Source: Octopus sinensis (Eukaryota). From it: a stretch of DNA of 64,000 bases. Shown piece after piece: positions 54,481 to 64,000 of the stretch. The first letter of the stretch is position 1. Each line of letters starts with the position of its first letter. Below the pieces are notes generated by a model. The model did not search any database. It had not been told where the DNA came from and saw only the letters and a program-made list of their open reading frames with translations. The translations under genes were made by a program, and so were the position numbers. The stretch lies in contig NC_043002.1 in the NCBI RefSeq assembly GCF_006345805.1, positions 102,796,001-102,860,000 on the forward strand, read 5' to 3'.

Positions 54481-57194
54481 CAGAGATATATATATATTTG
54501 AATGTATATATGGCTAGATGGATACTTGTATCTCTCTATCTGTCTATCCATCTCTCTTTAAATATTTAAAAACATAACAACACTTGAAATATTTATAAAT
54601 ATTTTAATTATTCTTCAATGGAGAAAGGAGAAGACGCTATTATTCGGACACATTTCAGGCCTTAAATATGACTTGTATATTTTGGACCAACTTGTATACA
54701 TATACTATCACATATGCTTTTGTTCTGTATATGCAAATGACCAACTTATATATCTTTGTATGCTTACACATAGATACATACATATATATATATATACCCA
54801 CATCAGGCACACATGTTGTTTATAGACCGATGTAACTTTGCATTACATAATATGTTCTGCAAACGTGATACAGTGTAATTTCAGAAGTATTTGGCTGCCA
54901 TTTCTAGTGACCACACTCAATCTCTTTTGTTTAAACTTTTTCTTCTTTTTCATTAGATCCTATTCTTGTTTTAAATAAGAATTTTGATAAATCGGATTAG
55001 TTAGTAACTTGGATAATCCTCCTATTAAAACGACGTCTGATTTGATCAATAATCCCTTACAGGAATTTTAATACTTGTCTCTGTAAAGATATTAAATAAC
55101 AGACAGGAGAATTGATTTTGGTAGATAGTCCTAACACTAACATTGCTTTTCCATTGAACATTTTGTAATTTTTCCAATAACAATATTGTATCACCTCACC
55201 CTACCATATTTTTATATAATATTATCGTCATTCTTTGTCAGACATCGCTGATGCGATTGCTATTGTATTAGACGCGTGCTAAACTTATTTTATCTTTCTA
55301 GTTTAGTCATAGGGCTCGTAACATTTTTGTAATTTATATTCTTTCTTATTTTATTATGCATAATTTAAAAAGAGATTGTGATATTGTCAGCAGACGATAT
55401 GCATCTACACTTGATTTGAACATTTGCAATACGAAAGCGGGAAACTTTATGTAATTTTCCTTGAACTCGATACCTGCCATAAATGCCTGTGAATTTCTGG
55501 AGAAACTTTCACTTTGTTGCCTGCTTTAAAATCATCAAATACAAAGTATTATGTGCAAAATAGATACGACCCATCCGCCTGATTAAGGCAGGGAATCTGC
55601 AGACCAAATATCACTATGATCAAAGCTTTTCCTGCTTTACGCAGAAGATACTAGAAGCTGCCACATAGAAACGTATATCCGGAGATAAGTGATTGTAAGT
55701 GGATATTCTTACTGGTATGAATCGGCGTTTTAGCGGTTGTTCAAGAAATCATTATAGTAAGTGAGTTATATATTCAGTCAGGATATATTTAACGACAAGA
55801 TGTGCAGGTTTGTTAGGGAGGAAAGCATCTTCCTAGAGATTGCATTCTAGTAAGTGTTTTGACTAGAGATTTTGGTTTATAAGCCTACTTCATCAAGAAT
55901 GATACAGGGCTAAAACAATCACCACGACCAACAATAACAATAGCAATAGACAATCAACTACAGAGAAATCATTTGCATAAATACTAGATCTGTTGCAAAT
56001 GGGTTCTCCATAATTCTTAATTACCAACCGAAAGATTTAAATAAAAAGAAAAGGAAGTCGGTCTCAGAAACACACTAAGAATCCTGCTTTGTTTGTTCTG
56101 GAACAACTCTTACAAAGATTTTCTCAATTGGAATTATCCCAGGGTTAAACAACCACACTATCAACATATAGTCAATGATAACTTGAAATCTTCTTGACCG
56201 TTGACAACAAATGTTGCTTCATGTCAGAGAAATCGATGAAAATTCCCCTTGCAATCGCACTACACATTATGGACGATGCATGATTGCTTCTCCGGTACTT
56301 TTAGGAAAGTTTTAGCTTCAACGAAATGCGTCTATCTTTAACGGCCATTACAGTCGGACGTCATAGTCAATAAGACAGAAAGAGGCAAAGCTATCTGAAA
56401 ATCCATTTGTTTATGGAATAAAACGGAAATTCAAAAGGCTTCTGTTATCAAACATATCAGCATCTTCGCTAGCGGCCATGATTAGTTATGGCATTTCATT
56501 TCTTGTCCATATCAAATATTGTCACATTTACAAATCAAATCAAATAAATGACTGAGATCTATTCAAACCTCGTATCAGTCTATTATATTGTCTACAGTAT
56601 CATTATCTACTTTATGTATATAAGCAGAAAATTGTATGTGTATGTGTGCGTGTACTTATGCATGTAGTTTGCACATGTTGATGTGAAAAAAGCCTGCGGT
56701 TCTATACTTATGTGTATACACATAAATTCAATATATAAATATATATTTTCAAATCGCAGGGGCGGGTAACAGCCCTTACTGTGAAGTATTGAACTGTCTG
56801 ATAAAGGCGAGAAGTTGTTCCTAAACAAACGTATTGAACTCAATCATTGTTTGATTTTGTTCTAGGTGGGGGGTCTATCTTTAAACAGTCAAACGCATGT
56901 ACGCAATCACACAAGCATACATATACACACGTGTCCGTACCTAAACAAATAGAAACACACATACACATACATACACACATATATCTATGCATATATGCAT
57001 GATAACTGCGTTTGTAACGATACACACACATATATATATATATGTACATATATAAACATGCATATACATATATATATGTATGTATGTATATATATATATG
57101 TGTATATAAATGTATATATATATATACGTATATATCTATATATACATATATATATATATACATACACACATATATATATATATATTACATATAT

Positions 57195-57246
<52 letters not shown>

Positions 57247-57822
57247 CATATATATATACATACATATATATATATATATAGTGTTTGCAAGCCAGTGTCT
57301 GTATACAGGGATGTGCAAATCTTTTTCATGGATGATTATGCCTGGGATGTCAGCATATCATTAGCCATCTCTTGTTATACATATTGCATTTACGAATTCT
57401 TGTGTCACTTTTAAGTCATAACCTCTTTCGGTTTGAGAAGTATCAAGCAATAAAGAGAAAACTGAGGAAAGACGTATTCCGCTGCTAATCTTTTGAGAGT
57501 CGACGGAAACTGAACTAGTGATGTTAACGTAATGGGCATTATGAATATGGTTTCGCTAAGGACAAACGCTCAGTACTCATAGAAAGGAGCTTTTTGTTTT
57601 GCTTTTCTCATTTGGCTTCTTGCAATATGACTTGAGAGTTGATTTAATATTAGGTAATACATATTCACACATATGCATGTGGAATATGCTTAAATGCATA
57701 CGTACATGTAAATACATACGTAAACAAATATTAACCCAGCGGACAAAAAACATACTGACAAACACATATATAAATACATACATACACGAATGCATGCATG
57801 CATACATATATGCATATATATG

Positions 57823-57899
<77 letters not shown>

Positions 57900-60112
57900 A
57901 CATATATATATATTATTAGAAGCAGCAAAAATATCACAAAAACAGTTAGTCAGTGTTTCACGTTCCCGTTCGTCTAACAGTCTTGTTTAGAGTGGAGGTA
58001 TATGCAGAAATACAATTGCTTTGATAGATACACATGAGTAAATGGGTCTGTTTGATTGGTTCTTTCAACTAAAGTTCTTTTCTGCATGTAACATTAAAGG
58101 CCCTTTTTTGCTTTATAAGCTATTTTTGATTTAAGGTTTTCTTCGATTTTTATAAAAATATTATTTTAAACCGCGATTTGTTATTTATGCAAACGGTTAT
58201 TGAAAAGATGCTTAGTTGAAAGAACCAATGAAAGAAAACCATTTTGAAATGTGTATCTATTAAACTAATTGTATTTCTGCATCTAACTCTATCTTGCTTC
58301 ATTTTAAACAAAACCGTCCGAAGAACGGGGACGTGAAACTCTCAGTAACACATTTCGTAATATTTTTGTTGCTTCTTCATAAAGTATATTACCCTACCTC
58401 TGGTATCCACGTTGTTTTTCCACTTTGTTTTGCATATGGTAAATTGTAAGAGGATCATTACCTCAAGATCTGTCTTATTAAAACAGAGAAGCAGAGGGTC
58501 GGCGGGCGCTTTCTGTCTTCTCCCATCCTTATCATCTTGTATTATTTTCATTCGTCTCATCAATGTCTTGTCCAGCGCGCAAAGCTACCCATTTTTGTAC
58601 TGCCTCTATGGCAAAGGAAATGAATAAATGTAGCTTGCTTACCCAGCATGTAACACAAGTTGGCTTTGTCTTTCCAGAGCGAAGACGCGAGCTTTGGCCC
58701 CGTGAATAGAAAAAAAGAACAAAAATGAAAAATTGTCAAGGTTAGTCGATTTTGTCCTCCGAGCTGAGTAGGAATTTACTGTGCGTTTCCTTTTTTCAGT
58801 AGGCTTCTGCCTGGCTAAGGGGCGATTTCGTCTGCCTTGGCGGCTTTAAATTAAGGCTCGCTCAAGCGAGCAAAAATATTATGTTCTCATCGCCATAACG
58901 ATGAACTGAGAATTCTTTGATAACCTCTTTAGAGTAAGATGCTGTGTGGCGTTTTTTTTTTCGCCAAATAACTTGTACATTCTGGTGGGCGTATTTCGTT
59001 TGAACAGCACAGAACAATTGTTTGGCTAGAGGTGGCGCTGCCAAACTCCCGTTCGAACAATTATTCTGTGCTGATGAAGAGAAATATCCCGGAATTGCGA
59101 TACACAGATATTGTTTTGAGCTGAGTGGGGGGTGCCAGATTCCTTTGTTCGAAAATATAAGGACACAGATCATGATATATAGCCAGCTGGAAATGATGTC
59201 TCCTGGGTCTAAATTACAGCAACATTCGTCCTAAACCAGGACATCCATGTTATATTGGCAAAAATCTTTACTCCAAAGCTTTGTTGCTGAATATCTCTCG
59301 TTGTGAGATTTAAAAATAGTAATTTTCTAAAAGATGAATAGTTTCACATGGATGGAGTGCTCTGGATCCTACGTCAATATGATCAGAACTGACATAGTAT
59401 TAACCCAACTTGAATATAAATTTAGTGATATGCGTTTCAAGTTTTCTTCCATCAGCAGTAATAGAAAATTGGTTCAGAAGGCTCATATAGTGTTGAGCCC
59501 CTTAGACGAAATTGGGCGCTGAATGATTTTGTGAAATTGAATTCTAAACTGAATTGGAACATGAAATGACAACATTGATTGAATTTTAAAGTAGAAAAAG
59601 ACAAAAATGTTAAAATGTAAAAGTTTTGAGGGAAAATATAAATTCAAAACAAAATATTTCGATTCAAATAAAAGCTGGCACCTTAATGTTAGGATTTGAA
59701 AAATGTCTGAAATTTAATTAATTTGTTATTTGAAAAACAGATTATAAAAGGAATGGACATGCGAATTCGGAGTTGAAAATTGTCATCGTTGAAACTAAGG
59801 TCATATCATTTACTTTCTGCGGTATGGATTAAGAATTCGACACTATTTCCAAGAATGGAAAGCTACAGACATTGATTAATGACACACGATGTTAATCAAG
59901 CTTGAATATTTCAAGCATTTCCCACTAAAATTGCGAGTAGAAGATAAACACATGGAATATTCCAATGGCTCAATTTACATAAGAAAATCGTTCAACCATA
60001 AATATATATGGATACAACATGGGGTATGATACCCACATACACACGCATATATGGACACATATTTATATTACGTATATATTATGTATTAAATATATATTAT
60101 ACATATATACAT

Positions 60113-60360
60113 GTGGAGGCGCGTGGCTTAGTGGTTAGGGTGTCAGCATCATGTTCGTAAGATTGTGGTTTCGATTCCTAGACCGGGCGACGCGTTGTAT
60201 TCTTGAGCAAAACACTTCATTACACGTTGCTCCAGTCAACTAAGATGGCGAAAATGAGTAACGCTGCGATGGACTGGCGATACGTCCAGCTGGGGGAACA
60301 CATACGCCATTGAAACCGGGAAACCGGGCCCATGAGACTGGCTAGGCATTAAACGGGCGC
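60113..60360 (+). mobile_element. tRNA-headed SINE related to family B
   Basis: TGGCTTAGTGG box A, GTTTCGATTCC box B-like, then ttcttgagcaaaacacttcattacacgttgctccag. Confidence 0.7.
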
Positions 60361-60607
60361 ATTTATTTTTTAAAATCTTTATACATATTCACATACATAT
60401 ACCTTGCTCATTCATTGTTGCCCGTAATTGCAATCCAGTTTCCGATATTTTGCAGGTTGTTTATTAAGATAGATGAAACACAAAACCTTTCAATGGGCGG
60501 ATGAACTCACAATGTCAACAACGATCCAGTTACATGGCATATATATGTGTGTGTGCGCATTTGTTTTTCTTTTTGTGTGTATGAGTGTGTGTACGTGCGT
60601 GTGTGTG

Positions 60608-60666
<59 letters not shown>

Positions 60667-60897
60667 ATGTGCGTGTGCGAGGGCATAGAAAGCAATTGTT
60701 TGGTACCTGAGTACGTATTTAATCTTCAAGCCGTAACAATGATACGCAGCTCTAAATTCTAAATTTCTGTTATCAACATTTCCAAAAATCATTGCTGCTT
60801 CTCCACAAGACTTCAGCAGAGGAAACAAGCCATCGCCGTTGGAAATTTGGTAGTTCAATCATTGGATTTAAAACCGTCATGCATGTACGGAGAGATG

Positions 60898-60918
60898 GAA
60901 GAATAAATAAATAAATAA

Positions 60919-60968
<50 letters not shown>

Positions 60969-61046
60969 CGATCGATAGATAGATAGATAAATAGATAGAT
61001 AGATATATAAATAGATAAATAGATAGATAAATAGATAGATAGATAA

Positions 61047-61084
<38 letters not shown>

Positions 61085-61110
61085 GGATTGATAGATAGAT
61101 AGATAAATAG

Positions 61111-61201
<91 letters not shown>

Positions 61202-61210
61202 GATATATAA

Positions 61211-61241
<31 letters not shown>

Positions 61242-61250
61242 GATAAATAG

Positions 61251-61281
<31 letters not shown>

Positions 61282-61290
61282 GATAGATAA
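60898..61290. repeat. (GATA)n/(AAAT)n microsatellite with internal (TA)n
   Basis: Directly visible. Confidence 0.95.
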
Positions 61291-64000
61291 CTTTCTTTTA
61301 TTAGCCACACAGGGCTGAATACAGAGGGGACAAATACAAATGCAGAGCTTTTCTTTTCGAGGGTGGAAAAAAAAAAAAAAAAAAGTAAGATTGCGATCAA
61401 AAGGGATCGAGAGGAGGAAAAAAAAGGAAAAAAAAGGAAATAACCACATGAGATCAAAAATGCTCTCTTTCTTTCTTTTTTACGATCTACAGGATCATGC
61501 TCAAAATGGTTTCGTTACTAGCACGCACCATCTTTGCAACATTCACCCATCTTTTTTTGAATCTTTCGCGAGACAAAACTTCCCTCTCCATTCTCACCTT
61601 CCTTTTCAAGTGGTACTTGAAAAAGTTGATGAGCGATTGGCCAGAGAGGTAAGTGTTTGTCTCTAATCCTTTCGCTCGAGTCCACCACACACATTCTTTC
61701 ACCATGGCCACCAGTACGATGAAAACTGCCTTGCCTTCCCGGTTGAGGGAAGGGGGCAGAGCAATTCTCATGATAGACTCGGCCGATAGGCGGATTCGTC
61801 CCACACGTGACAGCAGCCGTTCGGCATAAGCCCACAGGTCGGAAATGGTTGGACATTGCACGAGTGCGTGCAGAACGGTTTCGTCGCTCTGACCGCATCT
61901 CGGGCAAGTCGGTCCAGTGTGTCTGGAACCGTGTCTGTAGAGCTTATCCCGAACAGGTAATGCTTCTCGATAGCACTGCCAGGCCAGGCCAGGGATCTTT
62001 GGTGATTGTTCATAGGTCCCGGCCCGAAAGTTGTCCTGAACAGGCGGGTCAGGTGTTCCTCGTCGACGCCCAGACTCTGCCCGAGTTCGTCGTCGCACCT
62101 CCCCTCCACTAATCCTCTATAGAATGCCTTTGTTGTGATGGAGTCGCACAAGTTCGATCCTGGACGGCAGAGTTGCTTGAGAGCAACGCGACACTCGCGG
62201 TGCCATTCGCCTAGCCTCGGTCTCTGCTTGATCCATGACTGTAGTTCGTCCAAGGAGACGAGCTGCGGGAAAGCGCGCCGCACAAAAGGCGACCACCCCT
62301 GTTCACCGTTGTCTATGAAGCGCCGGAGATTTCGCAGTCTCAGCGCATGTCTGCGCATCATCAACCACGGCATGCCCAGCCCTCCATTTAGCGGGTGTTG
62401 GCAGCAAATGGATCGCCTAACCATCGGAACGTTTCCCTTCCACAAGAAGCGGAAGAGTATGCGTTCCAGTTTGGTGATGGTAGGGTCGGGACAAGGCACG
62501 ACGGTCAGACGATACTCGATGACGGATGCGATGGACGCGTTCGCCACCTCCGCCCGACCTTTTAGGGATAGCTTTCTCTCAGTCCATTTCTGGGTGAGAG
62601 TAGCCACCCTAGTCGTTATCTCGCCCCAGTTCTTCTCCATTTGGAGGTCCGGACCGAACCAGACCCCGAACAATTTAACCGGTCCGTCCGTCCAGCGTCC
62701 CACGATGGAGACGCTGTTGGACGGCATGGACTTGCTTCTCCAGGTGCCGAGCCGCAAGCCCACTGACTTTTCCCGGTTAATTTTTGCTCCCGTTACCTCT
62801 TCGTATTCTTTCAGTGTCTCGCCGACCAGCTCGATGTGCTCGTAGCTCGACACTATGACGGTGACGTCATCCGCGTATGCAGACACGCTCCTCCCGCATC
62901 CCAGCTCTCGTGGGATGCCCCTCACGTCGCCAGTTTCCGCAGTAGTGGCTCAAGAGTCAGTACATACAGCAGCGATGAGAGGGGGCATCCCTGACGAACC
63001 GAACGCATGATGTTAAAAGGTCTGGATAGATGACCATTTACGCGAACTACTGAGCGGATGCCGCTGTATAAGGCAGCGATCCAAGCGCGGAAAACTGGAC
63101 CGAAACCAGCCGCTTTGAGGACAGCCTCCAAGTAGTGATGGTCTACCCTATCGAAGGCTTTTGATTGATCCAAATTGATCAGCGCCCCACCCATGCCAGG
63201 ATTTTTAACTACCCTGTCTATGATGTAGCGCATCAGATGGAGGTTGTCATGAATACTTCTACCCGGCACGGCGCATGTTTGCGCCTTGTCGATTAGTTTC
63301 TTGATGACAAGCGCCAACCTCTCGGCTAACACCTTGGCCAAAATTTTCAAATCTGCGTTGAGCAGAGTGATGGGCCTCAAATTACCTATGACGTCCCCCT
63401 TGTTTGGGTCTTTCTTGATCAGTGCCACTGCTCCTCGCTTTACAAAAGCAGGAATACTCCCGTTCTGCTGCCAGTTGCAGTAGACAGCTGCCAAGACGCC
63501 TCCAAACAAGTCTGGCATATGAAAATAAAATTCGTAGGGGAGACCATCCAAGCCTGGTGACTTGTCTCTCGCGCAGCCTACCATCGCATCCTGTACGTCC
63601 GCAGCTGTGAGGCTTTTCACAAGACTCCACCTCCCTTGCTGAGAGTCGTGGCAAGGCATGCAGGTAGGCACTAAAGTCCACTCTGCTTTCTGACTCACCA
63701 CTTGTCCCAAACAGTTGGGTGAAGTGTTGTTGAAAAACCCCACACATCCTTTTAGGCTCGAGCAATTCGCGCCCCTGTTCATCTATAAGAGACTTGATGG
63801 TGGCTCTGTTGCCTCGTTGCGTCTCCACCACTCGGGCCTCTTGGGCGGCTCCAACTCCTTCGTTCCTCAGAGCATGCATCCTAGCTCTGACAACGCATCC
63901 CTCGTGTTTGGCGTTGAGGTGTTGGTCGAGGGCCAATCTCGCCGCCAGCACGTTGGACACGATGCCAGTTCTAAGTGCCTCTTCTAAAACCTTAACTAAT
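61291..64000 (-). mobile_element. L1/Tx1-clade non-LTR retrotransposon, 3' part; continues beyond the window
   Basis: GC-rich block with RT and C-terminal zinc finger; ~200-bp 3' UTR with AATAAA just before the (TCTA)n tract. Confidence 0.92.
61487..63960 (-). pseudogene. Frameshifted ORF2 (RT plus CCHC-type zinc finger) of Tx1-like LINE
   Basis: SPGLDGLPYEFY, RPITLLNADLKILAK, LDQSKAFDRVDH, VRQGCPLS, AYADDV, GGLGMP, CPRCGQSDETVLHALVQC; frame changes near 63615, 62925 and 61985. Confidence 0.88.

Overview
AT-rich, microsatellite-dense eukaryotic DNA. The repeat content resembles octopus-type cephalopod repeats; this is inference from recalled SINE sequences, not a database match. No host protein-coding gene can be supported with confidence, and most listed ORFs are translations of simple repeats. 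The window holds five 5'-truncated or decayed RLE-type (R4/Dong-like) LINE pieces, mostly at (TAA)n tracts; a fairly intact L1/Tx1-clade LINE running off the right edge; CR1 fragments; two mariner-type remnants (one DD37D); a probable non-autonomous Helitron; several tRNA-headed SINEs; and Penelope-like element (PLE) remnants. The most interesting structure is a 3.3-kb array of a ~472-bp non-coding unit (10811-14137). Each unit carries a type I hammerhead ribozyme fold, and the array folds back on itself into a ~1.1-kb-arm palindrome whose junction lies at the ribozyme, i.e. a candidate retrozyme or tandem PLE terminal-repeat locus. A second hammerhead with a canonical core lies in the 3' region of a truncated GIY-YIG PLE (30024-30873) that shows a similar fold-back. 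All folds were derived by eye and need computational and biochemical confirmation.
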